This document shows, in pieces, positions 28,701 through 42,935 of a DNA stretch of 64,000 bases. The position numbers and the translations under genes are program-made. This DNA is from the human T2T-CHM13v2.0 reference genome, Homo sapiens. The stretch's first letter is position 1. The number at the start of each line of letters is the position of its first letter. Location of the stretch: assembly GCF_009914755.1 (NCBI RefSeq), contig NC_060929.1. The stretch is one strand, 5' to 3'. Below the pieces are notes generated by a model that saw only the letters and a program-made list of their open reading frames with translations, was not told where the DNA came from and made no database searches.

Positions 28701-28989
28701 TTATGGTTCTAAACAACCTACACACCCTGAATATCAAAGCATACTTAGTATGCCATTCTAGAAAAACCACAGAGACCAGCTGGATAGGATTACCTCCTTT
28801 AGCAAAACTCAGTAAGTGGTATGTTAAAGATTGAAAAATGCAGGGGGAATAAGCTAATTAGAATTTTTATTAGGGGACTAAAGTAAAAGTTTGAATCTTG
28901 CTGAGTGTATGGAAAAAGTATCTGAAACAGTCGAGTTGGTTCTTATAGATGCTTTTGTGATGATCCAGTAGATATCCAGTCTATTCTAT

Positions 28990-30060
28990 ATGTAAGGTGC
29001 AAATATTTGTTGAGTGATGTCACATTGCTATCTTGAAATTGGCAACATTGAGTAGATTTTATAGTGGCTATAAGCAAATGCTACAAATCATGGCTTTATT
29101 TTATTTATTGATTTATTTTTCTCTTACATATTAATGTAAACCAAATGTTAATGATTATTCATGTCAGAAATACATTCACGAATCAATTTGCAATTGTATA
29201 TTTTCTCTATGTTTAGAGAGGTTGGCAAAAAAAATCAGTGAAAGCATTCTGTAAGAATCAGTTGGCTATATTAAATTTAAAATATAGAGTACATTTGTCT
29301 ATATCTTGGCTATGGTAAATGATGCTTCAGATGTGCAGATATCTCTTTGAAATACTGATTTCAATTATTTAGGTTATGTACCCAGAAGTGATATTGTTGG
29401 AATATATGGTAATTTATTTGTAGTTTTTCGAGAAACCTCCGTATATCTGTTGATCGTTTGTATATTTTCTTTGGAAAAATGCCTATTTAGGTCCTTTACC
29501 TATTTTCTAATATAGTTATTTGTGTTTTTGCTATTGAGTTGGGGAGTTCTTTCTATATTTATTGGTTCCCTCTCAGATATATGGGTTGCAAATATTTTGT
29601 CCTAGGGCTGAAGGCTGGTGAAAATAAGATGATTTAGGTCAAGGGGTACCAACTTGCAGTTATAGGATGAATAAGTTCTGGAGATATAATGTACAGCATG
29701 GTAGCTATAGTAATAATATATAATATATATTATATATATTAAGTTAATAATAATATATTGCATACTTGAAATTTTCTGAGAGAAGATCTTAAGGCTTCTC
29801 AGCATTTAAAAAAAGGTAACAATATGAGGTGATAATATGTTAATTAGCATTATTGTTGTAATTGCTTACCCATGTATATGTATATCAAAGCATCACATTG
29901 TACACTCAAGTATATATATTTAAACCTAGTATATTTTCTTATTTCTTAATTCTGTGCTATACATTATTATGCAAGTGAAAATCCCAATAACTGTCGTTAC
30001 ATGCTTACATGTATACATTTTTTGAGATCCCATTATTCAACATTTGCCAGCATACCATTA
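28990..30060. mobile_element. MER63-like hAT DNA transposon fossil split by an L1 insertion
   Basis: TTGAAATTGGC...GCAAATGCTACAAATCATGGCTTT and terminal AACATTTGCCAGCATACCATT. Confidence 0.65.
29296..29925 (+). mobile_element. L1MA9/10-type 3' end with an inverted upstream piece
   Basis: 29296-29600 is antisense L1; 29601-29920 is sense 3'UTR (GCAGTTATAGGATGAATAAGTTCTGGAGAT...CATCACATTGTACAC). Confidence 0.75.
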
Positions 30061-31484
30061 AAAAAACAATAAAACAAAAATTATAAATCTTAGATTTGAT
30101 ACCCAACAGTATGAGACTATGCCCTGGAATCTTTAGAATGATAGAGAAAGCCATTGCCAAAACCAGCTTTCCATTCAAATCCTGGGCTGTATTTTGAAAT
30201 AAGAGGGTAGAAATAAGAAATTTGAAGAAATGGGCCATGTATTTATTTGCATGTTTAAAAATAATCAGGGCTTTCAAATATTGCAACTACATTATTTTCA
30301 AGTTAAAGCACAGTATCATTAAGTGGTATAATTGATCAAAAAATTCTTTTCTGTGGAATCTGAATTGACTAATGGCAGAAATGTATGGGTTGCAAAGACC
30401 TACTCCTTGGGTTACTCAAAGCAGTGACTGAAACAGCATTCAGGGAAGCAAACTGCTGCCCAAGAATTGGGCAGGGAGTGGGAAGTTAAATCAGTAAGCC
30501 ACTGCTTAAAAGCCTATTTTTGCAAAGTGCTAACATAATTGCAAGACCAAATTGTTAAGATTTACTCTGACTTTATTGTGTAAAGTGTCTGCCTATATAT
30601 AAATTTAGGAAGGTGTTCAAGTGGATTTGCAGAGTTATTTTAATTAATTCAAAAAATATAAAACGAAATAAAATGAATATAATCCTTTGTACATGTGAGT
30701 CCAGAGAAGGTGCATTGAATGTATTCATGAAATATATGTGGGTTGTTTTTTAACAACAATTTTAAAATGGTCTTAAAATCCAGGTAGAAATATTATTGTC
30801 ATTTACCTTAAGTGGTAAGAAAACAAGTTTCCTTATAAACTGTCTTAAATGCTAAATCATAAAGGATAACTTAGATATTTTGAACCATGTTTATATTTCT
30901 GAAAGAGAGATTCTTAAATGAAAAATTCTTGTTATTTCTAATTATTTATTATTCTCTGTTTTAAATTTGAACGTCCCTGCTACTCACATTCATAGTTCAG
31001 ATACATAATAAAAATTTGTGCCTGGAGTTACTACCAAATATTGATGAAACTCTCTAATTGTAATAAGGTGAAGAATAAAATGTTGGATGATACCCATATA
31101 GCACTTCTACTAGTGATGTTAAATTGCCCTATAAATAAATCATAGTTATATATAAATATAATTTATAACTACCAGACAATAAAAGCAGAAAATAAACTGT
31201 CATAAAAGTTTACTGCTTTTTAGATTATTGTTCTCATTCTTAGAGATATACTAATACACAGAGAAGTAGACAAAAAACAAGCAATTGAACAGCGAAAAGC
31301 AAGGTCTAACTCAAGTAATTGTTAACTACATGGAATGGATTATGAAGGCCTAGAAGAAAACTGAAATGATTGTGGTGTGTGAAGTTTACCTGTAAAATGA
31401 AAGCAAATATTTTTTAAGTAATGTTAAGGTTGGAAAGTCTGATATATCAAATGAGCATAGATTGGGGGGTAGTAGAGTGGCACT

Positions 31485-32720
31485 TATTTAGTCAACATTC
31501 AACAAATATTTATTAAGCCTCTTCTATGAGCCTTCTACTGTCCTTGGCACTTGTATTGCATCAGCAAGCCAAACAACAATGCTCTGTACTATGGTAGAAC
31601 TTCCATTCTAGCACAAGTAGGAACAACAAACAACCAAACATAACCAAACAAATTACATAATAATATTATTGGGTATTAGTTACTATAAAAAATGTGTAGT
31701 AGGTTAACGGTAGAAATCTAGAGATGTGTTGCATTTTAAATAGTGCAATCAAGGTCATTCATTGAAAAGATGAGATTTAACGAATGAATACAAGGTAGAG
31801 AGAGGATTAGCCATGGTCAGAGCAACAGGCATAAGGTAATAGTATAACAAAGAGGCTAGTCTGACTGGAACAAAGTGAACGAGAGAGAGAATAGTAAGAG
31901 AGATAATCGAAGAGGTTATGGGTGTGGACAGGTAAATGAAACTGGGAGCCTTCAGCCAGGTAAGCACAGAAATGATATGATGTTACTTAATATTTTTCTA
32001 ATTTTTTCATTTTATAAAATGTATGTAACATAAAATTGGCCCTACTGGGGATTGGTTTTTACTGTTGTATAACCTAACTTATTCTGACTAATACATACAT
32101 TAAAAAGAAAGAAGTATTTAGCTATATAAAAACTGCTAGTGGTTTCAGAAAAATTACATCTGTATAATGGACAATAGATTTAGCAAAGTGAAGGTTGTTC
32201 GTGATGTCGAGTAGATTGTTTTGAACAGAACACTTCTCAGAATGAATGTCTATTTGCTGTTAAGGGGAAATGGGAAGAAAGGAATTGAAAAGATTAGCAT
32301 AAACAATTCTTCTGAGAAAATATGTTGCAAAGGGCAAGAAATAAGGCAATAATTGGGAAAGGAAATGAGATCAAGGCAAGATGTTGTTTTCAGAGAGAAA
32401 AAAATGGCGTGACACAATAGATGAGAATAATTTAGTAGAAAGAAAAAAACACTACTGGAAGAAGACAATAGAATTTTGTAGTGATAGCTTTGAGTTGTCA
32501 AAGGTGATAAGGACCAAGCACAACAAAAGGTACTCTCTAGACACGAGTGTGGGCAGGAGTGTGTGGCTCCAGATGCTTGGAGGCAGGTACGTGTCATGAT
32601 GGAACACTGGAAGTTTCCTCTGTTGCTTTAATTTTCTCAGAAAAGTAAAAAAGCAAGATCACCTGCAAAGAGTGAGAATGGGTAGGGTGATAGGGGGAGG
32701 AGGATGTAGGAAAATATATA
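31485..32720 (-). mobile_element. L2 fragments
   Basis: CATTCAACAAATATTTATTAAGC (L2 3' end, antisense) followed by purine-rich L2 body. Confidence 0.75.
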
Positions 32721-32934
32721 AAACAGTCGTCTAAACCACTAAGACATCATAATTTCAGAAGTTTGGTTTTACAAGAATCCTGAAGTCTCTGTTTTTAAGG
32801 ACTATTGTTTCAAAAGCCAATGAATTGCTAAAGACCACCTTGAAAGCAAGCAAACAAGCTTTAATTTTCAATTGCAGCACAAGCTCCAATCACATATGCT
32901 AACAACTGAGAAAAAATAGTGTAAAAAGAGGCAT

Positions 32935-33750
32935 TGAAGCGGACAAAGTTCCCTTGTCTCCCTCGCAGGGTGTGAGATTGGGGTGTGGCTCGCTTCTTCA
33001 ATGCCCCCCTGCTCAAACCTCCAGGGGAGCATACAGACAGGCAGGCTGTGGGGTTCGACCCCACTGCAGTGTCTAGGGCTGAATGTTCACAGCTGAAGCC
33101 CCAGTGGGCATTTGTTAGAGGATGCTCTTTTAATTTGCCATCTATAGGTGGCTTGTGTTAACCACCTCAATTTTACCCCCTTCCTTATCACAAGGACAGA
33201 GGAATTTCTGTATCCCAGGGTTTCTTGCCTTGGTCTACTGGAAGAATTGGATCACGTGTGGGCTTGGAGAATGAGTGCAAGGTTTTACTGAGTAGAAGTA
33301 GCTCTCTGCAGATGGGGCCAGAAGGGAGATGGTTTTCCCCTGGAGTTGGGCAGCTCTGAGGCTCAACTCTTCTCTGACGCTCCAGCCAAACCTGCGTTGT
33401 TCCTCCTGTCAATGGCCTGCTGGCCTGACGGTGCCTGCTGGCATGCTCTTCCGCTGGTCTGCTCTCTACCACCAGCCATTCGTGTCTTCTTCCGCTGATG
33501 TGTTCCTCATGACTTCCAGACGCTTCTGTCTGCCTGCTAGGGTCTCGGGGACTTTCATAGCCACAGGATTGGGTCATGGTTGGCCATGGTGGTCCTGGGA
33601 AATGCAACGTTTGGGCGGGAAGGCAGGAGTCCCTCTCCTCACCTAGGTCATGGGGGTGAAGCCCTAGACAGGGACCTGCCTTTCAACACTCAGCACTTTT
33701 ATTATCATTTAACAGGACCACGCTGTTCCCTTCCCAGCACTCCTGTATCA
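32935..33750 (-). mobile_element. LTR1-family (ERV1, HUERS-P2-type) solo LTR
   Basis: TG...CA termini, 4-bp TSD GCAT on both sides, homologous to 47898-48742. Confidence 0.9.
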
Positions 33751-35222
33751 GCATGATCTAGGAGCCAGAGAACCTATAGTCAAAAACTGTCTAAACCCCA
33801 TATAGGCCGTATTTCTTCATTTTGAAAATCAGAAGATTCCATGAATTTGGTAGTTGTTACTTAATGTCTAGAAATAAGACCACTGGAATTGGATGATACT
33901 AAAGGTCTAATCCAGTTTTAGTATTAATAACTATAAAAACATAGGAACAATGATTATTTCTTAAAATTAAGTGCTATTTATAATTATTTTACTGCTATGA
34001 AGAGTATATGTATATAATGATTACTTTGATTTACTTTTTGTTTTAGTTCCAGGGATTTTTCTTCTTTCTCTAATTCATAGTCATTTGCAGATGATCAGAT
34101 TTATGCTCTGGATTTTCTAAATAAGTATGGCAGTGTTACTAAGTAGTGGTAACTACTTTAAGTTTCAACCAATAATCTCTCAGAAGTTTCAGCTGAGCAG
34201 TTCAATCCACAGTTAAAGTCAATAATGAGATCACTGGAAAGATTCCTCGTTTTAGAAAAAAAAGAAAGGGCCATATTATAGCTTTGGGTTTGCTAGTAAC
34301 TCATTTGGGAGCTTAAGAACAAAATCACATATCTTTTGTTAACATCTCTGTTTTCTAAAGAGTAAATAACATGTACTCCATCTTTCACTCAGGAATTGAC
34401 TGGGGCTAAATCCACTTTGTCCCTAATTTCCTCTGAGGAAGTTTGTATAGCAAAATACATCATCATATAGTTGTTTCTAAACAGCCCTAAATAAGAGTGC
34501 TCTCTTCCTTTGGGTTAAAACATTATTTTAATTATAAGTAAAAGGAAATTTTAGGATACCCAGAAAGAAAGTCTATTATAGGGCTCACGTTACTTTAAAT
34601 TCTTACTAAAATAAATATTCACAACGTGCTTACCTAGTATCTGCCTAAAGATTGAAAATATCAAGTGATAACTTGGTTCTGAATCCCAGCTGGCATTGCT
34701 TATTTAAGTAGGTAGTTTATGAAAAGGTGTCTGTGACTTCCAGGCAAACTGTCCATCCAGTCCAGTAGAAGGAGATTTTTTATTCTGATGAATAGAATTT
34801 CTGGGATCTGAGAGAGCAAGGTTGTGAAACGAAGAGAAAATTGAATCACAGTTCCCTTACTCACTCTACCTCAATCCCGCTAAACTTTCTTGAGCCAAGT
34901 CCTAAACCAGGCAATCTCTTCAGTTCTGAGAAACAGACAATTTCTCCCTAAAGAGATTAACAAGATAGCCATTTGTTGATGTTAGGCAGCAGCATGGAGT
35001 TTGCATAGGAATCTCTTTCCCTTAATAAATAAATGCAGATATAGTAAAGAAAAAGAGTTACTATGTTCTAAGGTACATTTTGTTTAATAAAACATTTCTG
35101 ATATTAATAGTTTTCCAAAGAGCAGAAAAAAGCATTGCATGGAAGGCATCTGGAAAACCAGCTGCCACAGATGGATGATCGTAAATATCTCAGACAGTAC
35201 TGGTATTCTGACTTTCAGCAAT

Positions 35223-35584
35223 TATTATGGATTAAACTATGTCCCCTGCAAATTCATAAGCTGAAATTCCTCCAATGTGACTGTATTCGGAGATAGAGAA
35301 TTTAAGGAGGTAATTAAAGTTATTATAAATGAAAGCATAGGGGTAGAGATTTAATCCAACAAGATTGGTGTCCTTATAAAGAGATAGAGAAACCAGGGAT
35401 GTGCACACAGAGAAAGGCCACATGAGGACATGGCAAGAAGGCAGGAAGAGAGGCCTCAGGAGAGATCAACACTGTCAACAGCTTGATCTTGGACTTCTAG
35501 TTTTCGGAACTGTGAGGAAAAAAAATCTCTTTAAGACACCTAGTCTGTGATATTTTGTTATGAGAGCTGTAGCAAACTAATATA
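35223..35584 (+). mobile_element. MLT1B-type MaLR solo LTR
   Basis: AATGTGACTGTATTCGGAGATAG...GGTGTCCTTATAAAGAGA...GCAAACTAATATA; TSD (G/A)CAAT. Confidence 0.9.
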
Positions 35585-36869
35585 ACAATTTTGTTGATTA
35601 AAAATATAGAGAGAGTTATTAAGACCTGTTATTGAACAGAGGAGTTAGGCATAGTGGGAGTAGGAAAGGTCTCTTCCTGAGACTTCAGTAAGTGATCAGG
35701 AAGCATAAAGTATAATTTCAAATTAATAAAATGCAAATAAAGTACCCATGTTTGAATAATACTTTTATAAAGATAAATATTTTTATAAAATAATAATTTA
35801 ATTCCCATTATATATTACAACATTGCCAAAATTCACTTCCAAGTACAATGCTAGCATCAGTTAGTTTTAAGAATGTATATGTGTGCATGTGTATGACAGA
35901 CAGAAAAAACATATAATGGAGTTATTCATCTTTAAAGGAAATGTTTTTTAACTTTGAAAAGATTAGAGAAAATTCTTAACATGTTCTTTAAGTGGTTTTT
36001 ACGTATTGATGGTGTAGCCCAAATAATAGGTACATATTTATTAGAAGGTCAAAAATGAAAAAAAAATTTTTGTGTGCGTACCATGTTGAAAAGAATTTGT
36101 AAAATTTGGAGCAAATATAGACTTTTAGAAGTGCAAATAAATTCTGATTTAAGTGTTATTTCTCAAAATCTCTCACTTCTGCAGCACAAGTTTCCAGTGG
36201 TTCCACAACTTGGGGAAATTCCTTAATTAAAGCAAGCAATGAATACTAATATATAAGACTGTAAGTCTATTGACTTTTGACAAAATATATAAACTTTTGT
36301 ATGTTTTGGCATCAGTTGCATTTTAAATTCTTTGAAAAATTGTCATTCTACCAAGCATACAAAAAGAGAGTTAATACACATTATAACACTGACGGAATTT
36401 CTAAATTATTTGCCTTCTGACTAGAAATAAACTGTAAAATTCAAAGTATGTGATGAATCTTTCAATATAACCTCCATAAAGTCTCATCAACAAAATTTTC
36501 TACTCAATTCAATGTTGCAATTTACATGTGGTCACACATTTTTCTTCAAATAATCTCTGATTGATGTCATGAAAAAAATGGAAAATTAATCAAATCAGAC
36601 CTTCAATTACCACAAGACTCATCAATCTGTCATAATCTTTAAATTTGGATTTATATTATAAAAATACAGAAATATTTCTTCAATTTATATTGTTCTATAA
36701 ATGTTAACTTACATTCTATGTGAAATATTTGTTTCCTCCATTTTTCTTTGATATTCAGAATCTCCCCACAAAAGGATTCATCATGTTCTATAAAAATAAA
36801 CACTGTCTTTCAACAATATTTTAAGTACAAAGCCCACTTTATTCTATTTTTCTTATACTGTGTTTTATA

Positions 36870-37550
36870 GTGGATTTATTGAAGTCTAATTGATATTTAA
36901 CAAACTGCACAAGTGTAAATGATACAAATTTTCAATTTTGAATTAGTATGTAACAGTGAAGATATCACTACTATTAAGATAATGAATGTAAACATCACCC
37001 CAGAGTTTTCTTGGGACCATTTATAATCATCCTCTTCAATTCATTCACACCCAATTCCAGGAAACTGTCGATCTGTTTTCTGTCATAATATATTAATTTT
37101 TTACTTTCTAGTAACTTAATACATGAAATCATAACATGCATATCATTTTTCTCTGATTTCTTTTACTCAGCAATGTTATATTCAGATTCATCCATGTTGT
37201 ATCAGATGTTCATTCTTGTTACTGCTTAGTAGCATTGTATAGTATGGATATACCATGATTTGTGCATCCATGAACCTTTTTGATAATGATTGGGTGTTTC
37301 CAGATTTTGCTGAATTTAAGTAGAGTGACTATAAGCATTCATGAACAATCTTATATTACCATATGCTTTCATTAATATTCAGTAAATACCTAAAAGTTGA
37401 ATGGGTGGGTAATATAGTGTGTATACATTTAGCATTATTAAGAAATAGCCAGAATGATTTCCAAAATGGCTGTACAATCTTACATTCCCATTTACAGTGC
37501 CTGGGGCTTTCTTATGGCCCACATTCACACTATCACTTTAGTTTACTAAC
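36870..37550 (-). mobile_element. Old L1M (MC/ME) 3' fragment
   Basis: GATTCATCCATGTTGT...GTATGGATATACCA...TTCCAAAATGGCTGTACAATCTTACATTCCCA. Confidence 0.8.
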
Positions 37551-38060
37551 TTGAAATAATGTGTAACTTTGATGACTTTTTCCAGTAGTTACAATTTACC
37601 AATTCTTGAAAATTGGAGATAGAGGCAGCATATTAGTCCATTAAAGACAAAATACACTATCTCTCTAACGTGACAAGTAGCAAAATCCAAAAAGATCAGA
37701 GAGCACTAAAAGATAATAACAAAAATAAGTGGGATTGTTTTAAAGTACACTAGTAGAATAGAAATGGACTTGAGATTCTCCCATTAACAATTATATTACC
37801 ATGGCAAATTATGGTTTAGCTAGAATGAGGAATCTTATCCCAGTGAGAAAAGAGAAAACAAAATTAGGTAAACAGATTTTACAAAAACATTTTTGGGAAG
37901 ATGACAGAACAAGGGTGGTTATGAGAAAATTCAGTATGGGGGATGGCTATGAGGAGTGAAAAACCTGGCCTGCCAGGGAACAGTCTACAAGACCTTGATG
38001 ACCTGACAGCATGAGTAGAAAGAACTGAAGACAGACTTTGCTCTAAAGAAATACAGCGCT

Positions 38061-38372
38061 GGCCGGGCACAGTGGCTCACGCCTGTAATCCCAGCACTTT
38101 GGGAGGCCGAGACGGGTGGATCATGAGGTCAAGAGTTCAAGACCAGCCTGGTCAAGATGGTGAAACCCCGTCTCTACTAAAAGTACAAAAAATTAGCTGG
38201 GCGTGGTGGCAGGCACCAGTAATCCCAGCTACTCAGGAGGCTGGGGCAGAGAATTGCTTGAACCTGGGAGGCGGAGGTTGCAGTGAGCCAAGATTATGCC
38301 ACTGCACTCCAGCCTGGGCGACAGAATGAGACTGCATCTAAAAAAAAAGAAAGAAAGAAAAAAAAAAGAGAA
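38061..38372 (+). mobile_element. Alu (AluSg4/Sg7-like)
   Basis: CAAGATGGTGAAA and GGCAGAGAATTGC variants; 16-bp TSD AAAGAAATACAG(C/T)GCT at 38045-38060 and 38373-38388. Confidence 0.96.
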
Positions 38373-39192
38373 AAAGAAATACAGTGCTAAAATTCTCTGA
38401 TTTCTTAGTAGAAAAATACTATCTAAAAAGATAAAAAGACAGATTGTTTCTGAAGTTTACAATAATGGGCTCACTGGTTCAAATTCAACAAATTTAGAAT
38501 TTAGGGATTTCTTTGAAATTGTGTCACTAAGATTCAGTTAGGATTAGTTATAAGCTCACAGATTCTATGCTCAGAATACTGAGTGGAGACACTAGAAGAA
38601 AGTTTCTCTCTTTTAGCTTTTTATAAACTTAAAACATTCAAATCAGCCAAGCAAAAAAACTGTTTTGAATGCCCAAATCACAAAAGAACACCTAGAAGGT
38701 AATCAATGCTGAGCGAAAAATGGACTCAATGGGATTTAGACTGCTCTTTATGCTCTTATTCATCTGTTTTTTTCCAGCTACTAGATACAAAGTGGGAACT
38801 CAGTGACACCGCAACAAGAGGTCATTTTCAGCCCAGAGAACCTCCTCATTAACTTTCAATTATTTTTCCAGTTTGTAAAATCGCACAGTGTTTCCATGTT
38901 TCTTACATTCCTAACACATGTAGGTGGTTAATGTCTCTTCACATATGTTTCACAGCAGGATCTGAACTATTAGAACACTTTCAGCTGAAGTTCTTTTTCA
39001 ATAGAGCATGTAAATGTGACCCCTGATGGGTGGTATTTCTTCAGACATGATAAGAATCACTGACTCAGCCACCACACAGCGCAAGGAGAACAGTAGCGGA
39101 AGACTTGCTTACTAAGTTTCATAGTCAGTGGATAAAGACAAATAGACCACACATGATGTTCTATGATATGTGTTATGCTTACTTAATTAACC

Positions 39193-39220
39193 TAGATAGA
39201 TAGATAGATGATAGATAAAC

Positions 39221-39259
<39 letters not shown>

Positions 39260-39268
39260 CAGATAGAT
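39193..39268. repeat. Compound (GATA)n tetranucleotide STR
   Basis: TAGA/AGAT units with TGA, AAAC and AGAC interruptions. Confidence 0.98.
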
Positions 39269-40034
39269 GGTGAAATTGCCTTCTAGATGTGTATGGGACA
39301 TTCACTGAGCTGCCCTAAATAGTATCTACATGATTCCTATAATATATTTACTCATGGAAATTACCTGGATTTGTCAAAATACTATGTTGCAGAAATTAGA
39401 TGTTTTCAGTGAAATTAATCTTAGAAGGCTACCTCGTTTATTGGATTTCTCCTTTAATGGAGATATGCAAACACATGTGAAGTTTCATTCTAATTTTCAA
39501 TAAGCAAAAAAAACTAGATATAAGTGATTCAATTATGATTTTTCCAAATCTTATTCATTTTAGTCTAATTAGACCAAAAAGACATAAAATATTTCAAAAT
39601 ATTTAATAAACATTGGTTTTGAAATTTTCTAGGTCTATGTATCTTTACTTGCTATCTTACTTGATTCCCTCAAGAATCCTGCTGAAGGTGAGTACAGCAG
39701 GTAGTCAGATGCTTATGTTTCAAAGGGGGAAATTGAGGTTTAAGTCACCAACCAACAAGATTATACAGTCAGAACATAGTTCATAGTGGCATTTTAACAA
39801 CTACAACTCTAATACCATGGCACATTATGCCATAAAGTTTGTTTTTCTCTACTTCAGGTCATGGAATAGTTACCTGCATACTGTTTTTTTTTTTTTCTAT
39901 TTTATCTTTTTTACTATCCTTCCAATAGTGAGGCAAGTTCTGTCTACCCACAAACATAGACTTGCATTCAGACCTTCTACAGAAAGTTAATTGTTTAATA
40001 AATAAGTAAAGTTTTGATGATTGTGGCTAAACAG

Positions 40035-40485
40035 TGTACCAGTTAGTGATGCCACAGGAAACATATGGCAAAATCAATACAGGATAATTATAATTTCAGG
40101 AGGCTTTCCTTACAAGAATTTGTAAAGATATGGGGTAAGGAGAAACAGGAGATAGTGCAGTGGCCAGGTGTTTACCACTTTATACCAGAAGGGACTGATA
40201 CCAGATCCTGGGACTAGGAAAGTAGATGAGGGTCTTCCATTGTGGAAAGAAAAAGCAAACTTTGGCAAGCCAACGAACTCTTGTAGAGAAGGTGTAAGTG
40301 GATAGATACCCTGCCTTCACTGTCCTCTCCATAATCTCCTGCCAGGGTTACCCTATTGGCTGAATACCTAAATGCACTGTATATATTAATGTAGTCAGGA
40401 AAGAATGGCCTTTGGTTGGAGAGATAAACATGGAGAAGGGTGGAAAGAGGATTTAGAAGAGTAAAGGGGTAACAGAGCAGACTTC
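40035..40485 (-). mobile_element. ERVL-class LTR (LTR33-like)
   Basis: TGTACCAGTTAG...CAGGAAACATATGGCA...GATAGTGCAGT...ATCTCCTGCCAGGGTTACCCTATTGGCTGAA. Confidence 0.6.
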
Positions 40486-41196
40486 AATGAGAGCTTTATT
40501 AAGATGAATAGACTACTTAGGCTATTTCTTCCTAATAGTAGAAAATTCTGTTTCTCCTCTATGTCTTTCCCCTTGGTAGATGTTTAGTGCATACTAATTT
40601 TTATAACTTGTGTCACACATACATTATCATTTGACTCTAAGAGAAGAAGAGGAAAGGTCTAGGTAAATACCTTTCTATTTCACCTGTCATGCACATGTAC
40701 ATGATATTAGAAGAGACTTCACAGGATGGGCATACCATTAGAATTCTCAGCAATATAGTAAAGAAAACTCCAGATGCCTCTAAGAATCAGGTAAATAACA
40801 CAACTGAGTGAATTATGCTGGGTTTAAGAAAACATATATTTTATTTCATTATTTCAAAGTATGAAGTTTTTTTTTCTCCATCATTTCTTCAAATTTTATG
40901 GGGATGTGGCTGTTATTTTATTTTCTTCTCTCTTTTCTATTTGAGAACAAGAAAATGAAAATGATGACAAAATAAAACAAATAAAATTTTAACAACCCAG
41001 TAGTAATCAGTTCATATTTAAGGAAATTTGTAGTATCTTTTAGCTGCCTCCTGAAAGCGCTCTGGTTAGGTAAGACAAGCCATTCCGTTAATGTGTTACA
41101 GGAGTGCAGCAGCTATGGGTGGGCAGAAAGTTCTAGTTTTTGCGAAATCTAGCTACTCTGAGGAAGTGACTAAAGGACATTTTGTTGATCATAAGC

Positions 41197-41700
41197 TGTG
41201 TAAGTCAGTCACTTATTGACACAGTAGTATGGCCTAACATACAATCCACAACTCAGAAGCATACAAGAAATGCTTATGTCTGGCATGTCCAATGAATGAC
41301 TTTCGCTGATCTATACTTGACTGAGGTATTATTACTCTTGCTTCTGTGCAGTAGTTTGTTCTTTGTAGTGTCTGAAGATTTGTTCTGCTAATTTTGACAG
41401 GGCTTGGTCACATATTGGGGCTTGGTAGATTATCAGCTTATCTAAGATGGTCTCAGTTGGGTTGATTGGGGCACACGAGTCCTTGTTTCATAGTTCCTAT
41501 CTTCTAACATATGACAATGGGCAGGTTTTCCTAGAAAAGGGAGGAGCAAGAAGAGCCAGTCTCTCTGTTCAAGCATTTTTCATGTTTCTGCATGTGTCAC
41601 ATTTACTAACATCCCATGGGCCAAAGAAAATCACATGTCTAAACATAGAGTCAGATGGGAAGACACGAAAGGCTTAGAAGAATTGGTCACATTTGGAATA
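41197..41700 (-). mobile_element. Old MaLR LTR (MLT1-type); its first ~345 bp is part of the duplicated block
   Basis: CACATTTACTAACATCCCATGGGCCAAAGAAAATCACATG, typical of MLT1. Confidence 0.7.
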
Positions 41701-41714
41701 AGATTAAAGATTCT

Positions 41715-42121
41715 TTTCTTGTCAGAGCACAACACAGTGACCCTCCAATCAACAAAAGGTAGAACTCTTTGTTACTTATAGCTCTAGATAGGGCTGTACA
41801 GGGAGTTACACTCAGGACAGGGAGCAACAAGCTGAAGCTGTGAGAGGCAGCTTCTGCAGAGCAACCAGAGTGCCTGGGGTTAGCCAGCTTTCATGGACTT
41901 CTTGAGGATTGACTAATTTAAATAATTTTTAGGGCTCTGAGTTTCCAGGAATGTCTCCAGTTGTCTGATACCTGTCCCAGGGGTGACTAGGGCTGGTTCC
42001 TAGTGGTCCAAGAGTATGAGAATCAGATAACAAAAATGATAGGGGTGTGGACTTGAGTCAGGGCCTCAAAACCAGGGCAAGATTTTATTTCAAAACAAAA
42101 CAAAACAAAAACTATATTACA
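41715..42121 (-). mobile_element. ERVL-class LTR (MER73/MER74/LTR40-like, subfamily uncertain)
   Basis: GATTGACTAATTTAAATAATTTTTAGGGCTCTG...AGTTGTCTGATACCTGTCCCAGGGGTGACTAGGGC. Confidence 0.6.
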
Positions 42122-42716
42122 CCATGAATCCAGGCAGAGATGAAAATCAGAGCTATATTTGATTTCTACCACAGAATGGATTTCAGATATATCCTAACTT
42201 GTTTCAAATTCCGGTTAAACAAAATACAAGTTCATCTTACCAGACAAAAACTTTTGTGTTTCAACTCTCAGGACTGTATTAATTTAGCAAGGAGTCTAAT
42301 GACTGCAAATGATCTTCATTTATCTGTATATAAAGCCTAACAAAAATCTGGACCTGGGGTGATTTTTCTGGAATTATGCTCCCACTATCATCTTTAAACC
42401 CATCCTATGAGAATTTGAGTTCTCATGAACTTTCCTTTCATAAAGAGTATAGCAGTCAGTCATTGTTAATGCCTGGTCTGTCTGGCCATTGTTTTCTGAT
42501 TGAATAACTATACACGTTGCTTATGCTACTCATCAGTTTCTTGTGCACTCTGTTATCAAGTGAGCATTCCAAATCCAATAATCTTTGAGACAATGATTCT
42601 TTAAACCTGTGTGATTAAATGTGTACCTGAACCACAGTGAGTTCATCATGCACATCCTGCAGAACCCTGCCTATGTAAGAGTAGGTCTTCCGTGGTGCCA
42701 GGTCTATACTTGATCA

Positions 42717-42862
42717 TTAGTATGGTCTGAATGAGTCCCCCCAAATTTGTGTGTTAGAAACTGAACTCCCAATGCAATAGTGTTGGGAGATGTGACCTAA
42801 TAGGTGGTGTTTGGATTACAAGGGTTCCACTCTCATGAGTGGATTAATGCCCTATGAAAAGA
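42717..42862 (+). mobile_element. MST/MLT1A-type LTR 5' fragment
   Basis: TATGGTCTGAATG..TCCCCCCAAATT...GGGTTCCACTCTCATGAGTGGATTAATGCC. Confidence 0.8.
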
Positions 42863-42935
42863 AGTCAGCAGCAGCCATCAACACTGAGGCAAGATCTTCT
42901 GCCAGCAAAGGGATTACAACTCATTGAAGGCTCAG

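Noticed and set aside
33188-33646. 105-139-aa ORFs in GC-rich LTR1 (also 48128-48506)
   Set aside because: Chance ORFs in LTR sequence; frames are not maintained between the two copies.
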